Shown here piece after piece: positions 22,518-31,626 of a stretch of 34,799 bases of DNA. The position numbers and the translations under genes are program-made. The stretch comes from Terriglobales bacterium (lineage in GTDB: Bacteria > Acidobacteriota > Terriglobia > Terriglobales > Acidobacteriaceae): the NCBI GenBank assembly GCA_035763305.1, contig DASUBK010000471.1, positions 1-34,799 on the forward strand. Direction: 5' to 3'. Position 1 is the stretch's first letter; each line of letters starts with the position of its first letter. The notes beneath the pieces are model-generated. The model was given only the letters and a program-made list of their open reading frames with translations. It ran no database searches and was not told the origin of the DNA.

Positions 22518-23546
22518 TTAATCAGCAAACGCCGCCAGCGAGGAAGACCTCACCGGCGGTACCTCTATCTGGGCCCACTCCACACAACTCGTCACCAGCT
22601 CGGCCAGCGCCGTGATGAAGGTCGGCGAGTCGTTCAGGCCGGGCGTCATGGCAAAACGTTCGATCCCGCACTCCGCCGCCAGTTCGCGGGCCTCGTGGTC
22701 GACCTCGCCGAGAGTTTCCACGTGATCGGACACGAATGAGATCGGCACCACGCAGACGTTGCGCTCGCCGGCGGCGCCCAATTCGCGAATCGTGGTGCGC
22801 AGCGACGGCTGCAGCCACTTGCTGGCGCCCACCTTGCTCTGGTAGCAGACGCGGTGGGCGTTGACCCATCCGCCGCGGGCGCGCACCAGTTTCACCGTTT
22901 CCTCGATCTGCCGCTGGTAGGGATCGCCGCGCTCCACCACCGCCACCGGAACGCTGTGGGCACTAAACACCAGCACCGCGTCGTCGGGATCGGAGAAGCG
23001 CGCCAGGGTCTCGTTGACCTTCTCCACCTGCGATTCCAGGTAACTCTCGTTCCGGTAGAAGTCGCGCACCGTATGCACCGGCCGCCCCTGCGGGTGAAAG
23101 CGTCGCTGCCACTCATTCAGGCTGCTGCCGGTGGTGGTCGAGGAGTACTGCGGGTACAGGGGAAGGAGAATGATCTCGTCGCAGCCGGCCTGCTCCAGCG
23201 CGGTGATCGCCTCTTCGGTGAAGGGATGCCAGTAGCGCATCGCCACCACGCACACCGCGTCCAGCCCCTGGCGGGTGAGGCGCATCTGCAGCGCCCGCGC
23301 CTGCTGCTCGGTCAGACGGCGGATGGGCGAGCCCCCGCCGATCACTTCGTAGTGATGGCGGACCTTCTGCGCCCGCGTGCTGGAGATCAGCTTGGCCAGC
23401 GGCTTGCGGCCGAGGCGGGCGAAGGGAAAATCAATAATGTCGGGATCGCAAAACAGGTTGTAAAGAAAAGGTTCGATCGCTTCCAGCGTGTCCGGGCCAC
23501 CTAACTGGAACAGGACTACCCCGATGCGTTTCTGTGCCATCCCCAT
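22518..23546 (-). CDS. hemH: Ferrochelatase
   Basis: IGVVLFQLGGPDTLEAIEPFLYNLFCDPDIIDFPF and FSAHSVP are ferrochelatase signatures. The start is ATG 23546 or ATG 23540. Confidence 0.9.
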   Translation of the reverse strand: MGMAQKRIGVVLFQLGGPDTLEAIEPFLYNLFCDPDIIDFPFARLGRKPLAKLISSTRAQKVRHHYEVIGGGSPIRRLTEQQARALQMRLTRQGLDAVCVVAMRYWHPFTEEAITALEQAGCDEIILLPLYPQYSSTTTGSSLNEWQRRFHPQGRPVHTVRDFYRNESYLESQVEKVNETLARFSDPDDAVLVFSAHSVPVAVVERGDPYQRQIEETVKLVRARGGWVNAHRVCYQSKVGASKWLQPSLRTTIRELGAAGERNVCVVPISFVSDHVETLGEVDHEARELAAECGIERFAMTPGLNDSPTFITALAELVTSCVEWAQIEVPPVRSSSLAAFAD

Positions 23547-23614
23547 AGTCGGACGAAGGGCCCACTGCCGCGTGTTGAGCGTTCGGAATCGCGGCTTCTT
23601 TTCGGTGGGGACGC

Positions 23615-23644
23615 ATATTACCTATTTCGGGGAACGCACGTCAA
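23615..23644 (-). promoter_or_regulatory. Candidate sigma70-type promoter upstream of hemH
   Basis: On the - strand: TTGACG (23644-23639), 18-nt spacer, TAATAT (23620-23615), about 70 nt upstream of the hemH start. Confidence 0.3.
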
Positions 23645-23768
23645 CCGATGTGGTGCAGCCAGCGCCGCCAGTGCGTCGCTGAAACGCCGCGTCCAGCGCG
23701 GATTTCCGAGGAAGAGAAGAAAATATCGTGCGAGGCTGTGGAAAACGTCTTAATACGACCTATTGGAA

Positions 23769-23830
23769 GTGATCGGTGATCAGTGGCCGGTGGTCAGTAT
23801 GGCTTCACGGGCACGGACCACTGATCGCTG
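23769..23830. repeat. GTGRYCR heptamer repeats with an inverted partner (hairpin after the IDH stop)
   Basis: gtgatcg gtgatca gtggccg gtggtca at 23769-23796. Segment 23777-23790 pairs with 23815-23828 at 12 of 14 positions. Confidence 0.7.
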
Positions 23831-23832
23831 CT

Positions 23833-24879
23833 TCACACTTCCTGCGGAGTGGGAGGCGCCGGCGCAGGCTCGCTCTGCGATTCCATCGCCTCGATGACCG
23901 CGTCGGCGAACTCGCTGGTGCCGGCCTGGCCGCCGACGTCGCGCGTCCGCTTCTCCTTCACGCGATACACCTTCTCCAGCGCGGCGCGGATGCGGTTGGC
24001 GGCATCGTTCTCGCCCAGGTGCCGGAGCATCAGCAGGCCGGAGCGCAGCAGGGCGGTGGGGTTGGCGATGTTGCGGCCGGCAATGTCCGGGGCGGAGCCG
24101 TGCACCGCTTCGAAGATGGCGCAGTCCTCGCCGTAGTTCGCGCCCGGCACCAGGCCCAGGCCGCCGACAAAGGCGGCGCACAAGTCGGAGATGATGTCGC
24201 CGTACAGGTTTTCCAGCAGCAGCATGTCGTACTGGTACGGGTTGGTTACCAGTTGCATGCACGTGTTGTCGACGATGTGCTCGCCGTAGGTGATCTCGGG
24301 ATATTCCTTGGAAACGTCGCGCGAGCAGCGCAGGAACAAACCATCCGACAGCTTCATGATGTTCGCCTTGTGGATGGCGTGGATGCGCTTGCGCCCGTAC
24401 TGGCGCGCGTAGTTGAAGGCGAAGCGCGAGATGCGGGTAGAGGCCTTCTGGGTGATGATCTTCAGGCTCTCCACCACGCCGGGCACGACTTCGTGCTCGA
24501 TGCCCGAGTACAGGCCCTCGGTGTTCTCGCGCACGATGATCAGGTCGACGTCGGGATAGCGCGTCGGCACGTGGGGAAGATTGCGGATGGGGCGAAAGTT
24601 GGCGAACAGCTCGAAACGTTTGCGCAGGGCGACGTTGATGCTGGAAAAGCCGCCGCCGATGGGCGTGGTCACCGGTCCCTTCAGCCCCACCCGCGTGCGC
24701 TCGATCGATTCGATGAGTTCCTTGGGAATGTACTCGTGATACTTCTCGTAGGCTTCGGCGCCCGCTTCCTGCGGTTCCCAGTCGAACTTCACGCCGGTGG
24801 CTTCCAGAATGCGAACGGTCGCCCGCGCCACTTCGGGGCCGATGCCGTCGCCGGGAATCAGAGTAATGCGATGAGCCAT
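23833..24879 (-). CDS. NAD-dependent isocitrate dehydrogenase (isocitrate/isopropylmalate dehydrogenase family)
   Basis: 348 aa. ITLIPGDGIGPEV, GLKGPVTTPIGGGFSSINVALRKRFELFANFRP, VRENTEGLYSG and NLYGDIISDL closely resemble IDH3-type enzymes. Confidence 0.85.
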   Translation of the reverse strand: MAHRITLIPGDGIGPEVARATVRILEATGVKFDWEPQEAGAEAYEKYHEYIPKELIESIERTRVGLKGPVTTPIGGGFSSINVALRKRFELFANFRPIRNLPHVPTRYPDVDLIIVRENTEGLYSGIEHEVVPGVVESLKIITQKASTRISRFAFNYARQYGRKRIHAIHKANIMKLSDGLFLRCSRDVSKEYPEITYGEHIVDNTCMQLVTNPYQYDMLLLENLYGDIISDLCAAFVGGLGLVPGANYGEDCAIFEAVHGSAPDIAGRNIANPTALLRSGLLMLRHLGENDAANRIRAALEKVYRVKEKRTRDVGGQAGTSEFADAVIEAMESQSEPAPAPPTPQEV

Positions 24880-24905
24880 AGAATCCGTTATTCGTTCCTC
24901 GTCAC

Positions 24906-24979
24906 TCGTCGCTCGCCCACGACGAAGCGTTTTACGAATTGAGAACCCCGAGTCCCGTGCCGCTCCCCACGAGCGACGA
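24906..24979. repeat. TCGTCRC-word inverted repeat between nrdR and the IDH gene
   Basis: tcgtcgctcg (24906-24915) is perfectly complementary to cgagcgacga (24970-24979). Degenerate tandem copies flank both arms. Confidence 0.65.
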
Positions 24980-25000
24980 ATATCGAGCGAACAGCGGCGG

Positions 25001-25504
25001 CTACTGCACCTTGGCGCTGCTCTTGACCGGCTTTTGCGGCGGCGGCGCTTCCTTGGTGTCCAGCAAATCTTTCAGTTCGGACATGAATTCCTTCACGTCC
25101 TTGAAATCCAGGTACACGGAGGCGAAGCGCACGTAGGCGACTTTGTCGTAACGGCGCAGCCGGTTCATGATCAGCTCGCCGATCTCCGTCGTCTTGCGCT
25201 CCCGCTCCGGGGAATCGATGACGAAGCCCTCGGTCTCGTTGACGATCTGTTCCAGCTTGCCCATGGAGATAGGGCGCTTCTCGCAGGCGCGCAGCAGCCC
25301 GTTGAGGACTTTCTGCCGGTCGAATTTCTCCCGCCGCCCATCTTTCTTGATCACCATGTAGGGGATCTCGTCGATCCGCTCGTAGGTGGTGAAGCGCTTC
25401 TGGCATTTCATGCACTCGCGGCGGCGGCGGATGGATTCGCCTTCCTTGCTCTCGCGCGAGTCCACCACCTTGTCGAATTCATGGCCGCAAAACGGGCATT
25501 TCAT
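25001..25504 (-). CDS. nrdR: Transcriptional repressor NrdR
   Basis: MKCPFCGHEFDKVVDSRESKEGESIRRRRECMKCQKRFTTYE zinc ribbon plus an ATP-cone (KKDGRREKFDRQKV...). Confidence 0.95.
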   Translation of the reverse strand: MKCPFCGHEFDKVVDSRESKEGESIRRRRECMKCQKRFTTYERIDEIPYMVIKKDGRREKFDRQKVLNGLLRACEKRPISMGKLEQIVNETEGFVIDSPERERKTTEIGELIMNRLRRYDKVAYVRFASVYLDFKDVKEFMSELKDLLDTKEAPPPQKPVKSSAKVQ

Positions 25505-25637
25505 GCGGAAAATCCGCCGCTGTAGCGGGAAGTTTCATTGTATCAGGGGAAAACGGTGGGGGTACGCCGCGCCGGCACGAGGTGCCGTGGTGATAACGTC
25601 GGCGTGAGGCGGGATTTCGAAATAGTTCGACCGAAGA

Positions 25638-25715
25638 GGTTCACACGAAGACCCCCGATTAGGAGCCTCCGACCTTCGTGTCCTTCGTGGAACCTTGGTG
25701 GCCTTCGTGTGAACC
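25638..25715. repeat. CACGAAGG-word hairpin with a perfect 13-bp stem
   Basis: ggttcacacgaag (25638-25650) is perfectly complementary to cttcgtgtgaacc (25703-25715). The loop carries tandem ccttcgtg copies. It lies just downstream of the flippase-like gene stop. Confidence 0.85.
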
Positions 25716-25729
25716 GGCTCTCTCGAACT

Positions 25730-26818
25730 TCACGGCGACCCGCCGGCCAGCCCCGGCCTCTGCTCCTGCCCTCGTTCGACCGCGTGCTCGGCCGCCTGCG
25801 ACTCGCTGGTCAGGCGGCGCAGCGACACGTGCTCGTGCCGCGCCAGCGCCAGCCCGAGGGGAATCACCGACATAAAGGTCACCAACCACAGCAGCATGCC
25901 GCAGCTTACCGCCAGTTCCGGGCTGTCGGAGTAGCCGAAGGTCTGGCTGATGACCGCGATGGTTGCCAGTTGAGAGCCGCCGCCGATGACCGGTAACTGA
26001 ATGACTCCTCCGGCCACGCTGGCGCCCATCAGCAGGATCACCTCCGGCAGATCGAGACCGGGCAGTCCGGTGTCCGCGGGATAGGCGTGAGTGATTTCGC
26101 GGTAAGCGAAGGCCACCAGCATCCAGATGGCAAGCGACAGCAAGGTGCACTCCACCGCCGAAACCCCGTCGTGAATCGCATTCAGTCCAGCGGACAAGGC
26201 GCGCAGCTTGTGCTCCGCCTTGGTGCCCGCACTCGCCGAGATGGGCGTAAGTCGCTTGCAAACCCAGCGGGCGATGCCGTCGCCCCGCGCCCACAGCGCC
26301 CAGATCAGGCCCACCAGGCCAATCTCCGCCGCGATAAGCGCGTAGCCGGCGATGCGCCACTCGGGATAGGCCTCGCGCATGACCGGCACCAGGAACAGGT
26401 CGGCGGCCACGATCAGGGCCACCGCGCCGGTGTCGAAGGCGCGCTCGACGAACCAGATGGCCATCTGCGCCGACAGGGTGGAGTTTTCCTTTTTGGCGAT
26501 CAGGTAAGGACGGATGAACTCGCCCGGGCGGCCCAGCAGCGCCACGCCGGCAAAGCCCACGTACTGCGGCGAGATGAGGCCGATCCAGGAAGCATTCGGC
26601 AGGGTGGGGCGCAGGAAGATTTTCCAGCGGACGGCGCGCAGAAAGTCGGCGGCATACACCAGCAGCACGCCGTAAACCACCATCAGCCAGTTGATGCCTT
26701 CCGTGCCGGCCAGAAAGCGCGCCCAGTCGAAGTGCCGCCACTCGCGCACCTGCAGCCAGATCAGCAGACCCAGCAGGACCACCACCACCGACAGCACGAG
26801 GATTCGCTTGCGGTTCAT
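25730..26818 (-). CDS. Flippase-like (lysylphosphatidylglycerol synthase TM region / UPF0104) membrane protein
   Basis: 362 aa polytopic protein. FLRAVRWKIFL and GRPGEFIRPYLIAKKE are typical of this family. Confidence 0.7.
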   Translation of the reverse strand: MNRKRILVLSVVVVLLGLLIWLQVREWRHFDWARFLAGTEGINWLMVVYGVLLVYAADFLRAVRWKIFLRPTLPNASWIGLISPQYVGFAGVALLGRPGEFIRPYLIAKKENSTLSAQMAIWFVERAFDTGAVALIVAADLFLVPVMREAYPEWRIAGYALIAAEIGLVGLIWALWARGDGIARWVCKRLTPISASAGTKAEHKLRALSAGLNAIHDGVSAVECTLLSLAIWMLVAFAYREITHAYPADTGLPGLDLPEVILLMGASVAGGVIQLPVIGGGSQLATIAVISQTFGYSDSPELAVSCGMLLWLVTFMSVIPLGLALARHEHVSLRRLTSESQAAEHAVERGQEQRPGLAGGSP

Positions 26819-26925
26819 CCTTGATGTTCCACACGGACTCGGGGCAGCACGGCTGTTTCTATCCCGCCAACTTACCGGGCCGGCGGGTTGGGGTCAATTG
26901 CCGGTGATGGGACGCGATGCAGCCG

Positions 26926-27663
26926 TTAAGGCGAGGAGGCCGATGGCGCTTTGTCGGGACCGGCGGCGGATTTGGCGCGCTCCGCGAGTTTCTTGCGGTT
27001 GTAATCCCGGATGATGCGGCTGACGTAGGCACGGGTTTCGCGGTAGGGAGGCACGCCCCGGTAGTGGTCCACACGCTCCGGCCCGGCATTGTAGGCCGCC
27101 AGCGCCTTGGCCACGTCGCCGTGGTAACGCTGCAGCAATTCCCGCAGGTAGCGGGCGCCGCCGTCCACGTTGGCAGCGGGATCGAAGGCGTTGTGCACGC
27201 CCAGGCCGGCGGCGGTGCCGGGCATGAGTTGCATCAGGCCTTGCGCGCCCTTGGGCGAGATTGCCTTGACCTTGAAGTCGCTTTCGGCGCGAATCACGCT
27301 GCGCAGGAAGTCGGCGTCGAGGGCATGCCTGTCGCCGGCCTGGTCCACGATCTGATCCACCGTCGGCGGCGGTGGCGGCGCCGGCGGTGCGGGCGCGGCG
27401 ATCGGCCGTCCCGGCTGGAACTCCTGGATCTGGTCGCTGGCGACGTCCACGTAATTGTTGCCGGCGGAAGTGAGAAAGAGCCGCGTGACTTTCTCGCGCA
27501 CTTCGCGGTGATCGAATTCCAGGGTGAAGCCGTTGCGCAGGACCGCGATGGTCGTGGTCTGCGGCGCACCGGGAGTGTCCGCAGAAAAGCCGGGCAGGGC
27601 CAAGCCGAAGGCCAGCACAGAAAGTGCCGAGACCGCGACGGCGAATTGGAATCGTCCCCTCAT
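26926..27663 (-). CDS. Lytic transglycosylase (SLT domain) protein, secreted
   Basis: Signal peptide MRGRFQFAVAVSALSVLAFGLALPGFSA. Catalytic region VIRAESDFKVKAISPKGAQGLMQLMPGTA...AYNAGP. Confidence 0.85.
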   Translation of the reverse strand: MRGRFQFAVAVSALSVLAFGLALPGFSADTPGAPQTTTIAVLRNGFTLEFDHREVREKVTRLFLTSAGNNYVDVASDQIQEFQPGRPIAAPAPPAPPPPPTVDQIVDQAGDRHALDADFLRSVIRAESDFKVKAISPKGAQGLMQLMPGTAAGLGVHNAFDPAANVDGGARYLRELLQRYHGDVAKALAAYNAGPERVDHYRGVPPYRETRAYVSRIIRDYNRKKLAERAKSAAGPDKAPSASSP

Positions 27664-27670
27664 CTCGACT

Positions 27671-27711
27671 AAATCGGCAATCGGAAATCGGCAATCGTCA
27701 ATCGGAAATGG
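27671..27711. repeat. AAATCGGCAATCGG tandem words overlapping the HAD gene stop
   Basis: aaatcggcaatcgg aaatcggcaatcgtcaatcgg aaatgg. No inverted partner nearby. Confidence 0.7.
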
Positions 27712-28579
27712 CCACGCCGAGCGCCTGCTCGATAGCCGCGGCCACGCCGCCCTGGTCGTTGCCCAGGGTCAGCTGGTAGCCGGCCTGCTTCAGTTCCTCG
27801 CAGGCGTTGCCCATGATAACCGGGACTCCGGCAAAATCGAGCATCTCGACATCGTTGTAGTTATCACCGATGGCCATGACCTGCGCGCGGGGAATGCCGC
27901 GGTGCCGGGCCCAGCGCTCCAGCGCGTGTCCTTTGGAACAGTCCCGATTCAGGACGTCGATGATGCACAGGTCGCGCGCCACGTACTCCGTCTTGAGCAC
28001 CGTCATCTCGCCGCCCATGCCCGCCTGCTGCAGGGCCTCCTGTGCCCGGCGCATCCGCTCCACGGAGCCGCAGAACATGATCTGCACCGGGTCGGTGGTC
28101 AGCGCCTCTTCCATGGGAGCAATCTGCGCGATATAGGGGGCGTTCTTCTCCATCCAGCGCGCGATGCTGTTATGAAACTGGTCGGTGCGCTCCACCACCA
28201 GCGCGCCCTTGCCTTCGCGGTCGAAGGTCAGCACGGCGCTGCCGCGGAACTCCTCCATGCGCGCCAGCAGCTTGCGCACGGTCGTGGCCGGCAGCAAGTC
28301 GCGATGGAAGACTTCGCCCTGGGTGGACCTGGTGACGGCGCCATTGGAGCTGATGAGCCAGAAGTCGAAGCCCAGCATCTCCGCCACAGGCATGGCGAAG
28401 GTGTGCCGCCGGCCGGTCACCAGGACGATTTCCACCCCGGCCTGGCGGGCGCGTTCCAGGGCCTTCAGGTTGGCGGCGGGCAGTTGGTATTGCGGATCGA
28501 GCAGGGTGCCGTCGATGTCGATGGCGATCAGTCTGATGGGCGGAGTCACTGCCCGTATTCTACCGGGCCATCGGGTCAT
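27698..28579 (-). CDS. Cof-type HAD-IIB family hydrolase
   Basis: IAIDIDGTLL (motif I), VTGR, GDNYNDVEML (motif IV). Start is ATG 28579, or GTG 28549. The longer track ORF start at 28606 lies inside repeat sequence. Confidence 0.8.
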   Translation of the reverse strand: MTRWPGRIRAVTPPIRLIAIDIDGTLLDPQYQLPAANLKALERARQAGVEIVLVTGRRHTFAMPVAEMLGFDFWLISSNGAVTRSTQGEVFHRDLLPATTVRKLLARMEEFRGSAVLTFDREGKGALVVERTDQFHNSIARWMEKNAPYIAQIAPMEEALTTDPVQIMFCGSVERMRRAQEALQQAGMGGEMTVLKTEYVARDLCIIDVLNRDCSKGHALERWARHRGIPRAQVMAIGDNYNDVEMLDFAGVPVIMGNACEELKQAGYQLTLGNDQGGVAAAIEQALGVAISD

Positions 28580-28649
28580 CTCGCCATCGGATGACCGAAT
28601 TAACACCTTGGCTGGCTTCGATCACCCGATGACCCGTGGCGAGATGGCC
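28566..28649. repeat. CATCGGGT/CATCTCGC octamer words and their inverse
   Basis: Left block is 28566-28599 and right block is 28616-28649. For example, cgggtcatc (28572-28580) pairs with gatgacccg (28628-28636). Several alternative pairing registers exist. Confidence 0.7.
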
Positions 28650-28652
28650 AGA

Positions 28653-29237
28653 TCAGAACCTGACTACCAGTCCCGCCCCGGCAAAGATGTTGTGCTGGCG
28701 CTGCGACAGGTCGGCGATGGTAGGGAAGAGGCTGCCGGAGTAAAAGTCCCGGATCTCAATGCGGCCGCCGAGGAAGGGAGCGAACTTGAAATCCAGGCCG
28801 GCGGCCATGTCGAATACGCCGGAGGTCGTGCTCTGCGAGGTGCCGCTCGACGACGCCAGTTGCGCGCTCTTGTGAAATCTAGCCCAGCCGCCGCCGACGG
28901 CGAAGTAGGGAGAGACGGGAAAGGCGGCCGCAATCTTGGCGCGCAGGCCGGGAGCGATGAACAGGGCCGAGTAGGTGCCGGTATTCAGCAGGGCGGAACT
29001 GGAGGTGATTTTGGTGTCCAGCGTACCCATCACGGGCAACTCCGCATACAGTCCCACGAAGGGCACATGGAAGAAGCGCACGCCGATGTTGCCCTCGATG
29101 GCCGCGGCCTTGCCCACGGACGCGGACTGGTGGACAGGGAGGTAGCCGCCACCGAGGACGGCGAGATCGATGCTCTGCGCGGAAGCCGACAGGGTCAGCC
29201 CCAGGAAGAACAGCAGGAGAAGCAGGTGCTTGCTCAT
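28653..29237 (-). CDS. Outer-membrane beta-barrel protein (OmpW/OmpA-beta-barrel-like)
   Basis: Signal peptide MSKHLLLLLFFLGLTLSASAQ, alternating beta-strand pattern and a C-terminal GAGLVVRF ending in Phe. Confidence 0.7.
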   Translation of the reverse strand: MSKHLLLLLFFLGLTLSASAQSIDLAVLGGGYLPVHQSASVGKAAAIEGNIGVRFFHVPFVGLYAELPVMGTLDTKITSSSALLNTGTYSALFIAPGLRAKIAAAFPVSPYFAVGGGWARFHKSAQLASSSGTSQSTTSGVFDMAAGLDFKFAPFLGGRIEIRDFYSGSLFPTIADLSQRQHNIFAGAGLVVRF

Positions 29238-29274
29238 TCGGCATCTCCGAAAACCTGTTGGATGCAGGATCGAA

Positions 29275-29356
29275 GCATCGGGTCATCGGGCGATCTCACC
29301 ATCGGGCCATCGGCCCATCGGATGAACCGGTGGTGAGATGACCCGATAACCCGATT
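29275..29356. repeat. CATCGGGY octamer repeats with an inverted partner in the divergent OMP/mntH region
   Basis: atcgggcgatctcacca (29285-29301) pairs with tggtgagatgacccgat (29331-29347) at 15 of 17 positions. The loop contains gggccatcggccc. Confidence 0.75.
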
Positions 29357-29489
29357 CTCCGCGATTTCATCCCAGCAATCACTGGTTCCTCATTTATTCT
29401 GTTGCCGCTGTGCGACCCCGTGTATCTGTGACGGCTCGCGATGAGATGGCTGACCCTGTCGAACCTCCGCGAAAGGCAAAAGAAACGCG

Positions 29490-30761
29490 ATGGCTGAACT
29501 CCGCAAGAGTATCCGTCGTCCCGCCAAGCTCCTGCGCTTTCGCGTACTGGCGTTCCTCGCGATCCTGGGGCCGGGCTTCATCACCGCCAATGTGGACAAC
29601 GATCCCGGCGGAATCCTGACTTATTCGCAGGCCGGAGCGAAATTCGGCTACGCGCTGTTGTGGACCCTGATTCCCACCACCATCGCCCTGATCGTGGTGC
29701 AGGAAATGGCGGCGCGCATGGGTGCCGTCACCGGCAAGGGTCTCTCCGATCTCATCCGGGAGGAGTTCGGCTTCCGCGCCACCTTCTTCACCATGCTGGT
29801 CTTCGGACTGGCGGACCTGGGCAACATAGCCGCCGAATTCGCCGGTATCGCATCGGGATTGGGAATTTTCGGCGTCAGCAAATATCTCACCGTTCCGCTC
29901 GGGGCTTTGCTGGTGTGGGCGCTGATCGTCTACGGGCGCTACAAACCGGTGGAACGGATCCTGCTCATCTTCTCGCTTATCTACTTCTTGTATGCGGGTT
30001 CGGCCATCATGGCCCGTCCCGACTGGTTCGCGGCCGTGCGCCAGACCTTCATCCCGGAAGTGTCGCTGCGCTCCTCGGAATACCTGGTGATGGTGGTGGG
30101 CCTGGTGGGGACCACGATTACACCCTGGATGCAGTTCTACCTGCAAGCCTCGATCGTGGAAAAGGGAATTACCGTCAAGCAGTACTGGCTGAGCAAGTGG
30201 GACGTGATTGTGGGCTGCCTGATCACGGACGTGGTGGCCTTCTTCATCGTCGTCTCCTGCGGGGCGACGCTCTTTCCTCACGGTATTCATGAAATCGCCG
30301 ATGCCGCGGATGCCGCGGTCGCCTTGCGGCCCATCGCGGGCTCGTTCGCCTCCGTCCTTTTTGCCATCGGACTGGTGAATGCCGCGCTACTTTCGGCGGC
30401 GATCCTGCCACTGGCGACGACCTACAACATCTGCGAGGGCTTGGGATTCGAGTCGGGGGTGGACCGGCGCGTGTCGGAAGCCCCGGTGTTTTACGGTATT
30501 TACACTCTCCTCATTGTTTTCGGCGCCGGCATCGTGCTCATTCCGCGCATGCCCTTGATTAAGCTGATCCTGCTGTCGCAGGTGGCCAACGGCGTACTGC
30601 TGCCATTCGTGCTGTACTTCATGCTTCGGCTGGTCAATCGCGCGGACCTCATGGGCGAGTACCGGAACTCGAAGCTGGCGAATGCCATTACCGTCACCAC
30701 CAGCGTGGTGATGGTTGTGCTCGTGGTGGCGATGCTCTGGACCACACTTCGCGGGGGATAG
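29490..30761 (+). CDS. mntH: NRAMP family divalent metal (Mn2+/Fe2+) transporter
   Basis: 423 aa with about 11 TM helices. LGPGFITANVDNDPGGILTYSQAGAKFGYALLW is the NRAMP DPGN-type signature. Confidence 0.9.
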   Translation: MAELRKSIRRPAKLLRFRVLAFLAILGPGFITANVDNDPGGILTYSQAGAKFGYALLWTLIPTTIALIVVQEMAARMGAVTGKGLSDLIREEFGFRATFFTMLVFGLADLGNIAAEFAGIASGLGIFGVSKYLTVPLGALLVWALIVYGRYKPVERILLIFSLIYFLYAGSAIMARPDWFAAVRQTFIPEVSLRSSEYLVMVVGLVGTTITPWMQFYLQASIVEKGITVKQYWLSKWDVIVGCLITDVVAFFIVVSCGATLFPHGIHEIADAADAAVALRPIAGSFASVLFAIGLVNAALLSAAILPLATTYNICEGLGFESGVDRRVSEAPVFYGIYTLLIVFGAGIVLIPRMPLIKLILLSQVANGVLLPFVLYFMLRLVNRADLMGEYRNSKLANAITVTTSVVMVVLVVAMLWTTLRGG

Positions 30762-30836
30762 GCGGCGGCATTCGCGCCCGCCTCTTGCTCCGGCTGCGCG
30801 GATGGTTATAATTCCCCGCACTCAGCAGGAGAAGGC

Positions 30837-31370
30837 ATGGCGACTGCAGCGGCACCGTTCGCGCAACTGGCGGCGGAGTTCGAGAAAGAGGGCCTCACCC
30901 CGCACAACGCCGAGCGCATCGGCAGAGAACTGGCGCGGACCTTCAACGTGAAGGAAGACGAGGTCGGCATCCTGCGCCTGGAGAAGCAGAACCTGATGTT
31001 CGTCTATCCCGCCAAGCTGCACAACGTGGGCAGCATTCCCCTGAACACCTCCAACTCCGTCGCCGTGCGCACCGCCAACAGCAAGCGCGCCGAAGTCATC
31101 AACAACTTCGCCCAGACCAAGCACACCAGCGTTTTCGAAGCCATCGAACTGGGCAAGCCCAAGAACCCGGGCGAAGACCGGTCGGACCGCCACATGCATG
31201 TCATCCAGAAGTTGATGTCGGCGCCGGTGGTTGGGTCGTCGGGAGCGCTGGGTGTGATCCAGGTGTCGCGCAAGGGTTCCTCCGCGCCCTCGTCGGGGCC
31301 GGACTTCACGCCCCTGGACCTGCAAAAACTGGTCGCGGCCGCCACCGCGCTGGTGCGCTGCTTCAAGTAA
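30837..31370 (+). CDS. GAF domain-containing protein
   Basis: 177 aa. VGILRLEKQNLMFVYPAKL...IPLNTSNSVAVRT...NNFAQTKHTSVFE...VIQKLMSAPV...GVIQVSRKG matches the pattern of small stand-alone GAF proteins. Confidence 0.6.
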   Translation: MATAAAPFAQLAAEFEKEGLTPHNAERIGRELARTFNVKEDEVGILRLEKQNLMFVYPAKLHNVGSIPLNTSNSVAVRTANSKRAEVINNFAQTKHTSVFEAIELGKPKNPGEDRSDRHMHVIQKLMSAPVVGSSGALGVIQVSRKGSSAPSSGPDFTPLDLQKLVAAATALVRCFK

Positions 31371-31410
31371 CCGTATCGGCGGGAATCACTTACCCGCAGG
31401 AATCACGTAG

Positions 31411-31436
31411 CCGCAGGCGCCCTCGCCTGCGGTTTG
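31411..31436 (+). terminator. Candidate intrinsic terminator after the GAF gene
   Basis: Stem ccgcaggcg (31411-31419) / cgcctgcgg (31424-31432) with a 4-nt loop, followed by only TTT. Confidence 0.4.
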
Positions 31437-31626
31437 CGGGCTAAGTAAGTAAATGCTTACATTGTCCGTGTAACTCTTTCCGGTAGCATCACTTACCGCT
31501 ATACAATTCTTTACGCCTGCCTGACCAATCGTTACGAGCCTTTTTCTCGCCCGCCAATCTAACCGGGTAACGCAGCACCAGAGCCTCGAAGGTGATGCAA
31601 GAAGTTCGAGGCCGCAGAGGTGACCG

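Noticed and set aside
20135-22615. 826-aa ORF on the + strand, the longest + strand ORF in this region
   Set aside because: It is antisense to the clearly recognisable cytochrome b and Rieske genes. Its translation is R/G/A-rich low-complexity sequence with no motifs. This is a typical shadow ORF in high-GC DNA.
29357-29489. Mn-sensing riboswitch (yybP-ykoY) or Fur/MntR box upstream of mntH
   Set aside because: I could not find the conserved GGGGAGUAG-type core or a convincing 19-bp Fur-like palindrome by eye. I have no support without a covariance-model scan (Rfam RF00080), which would settle it.
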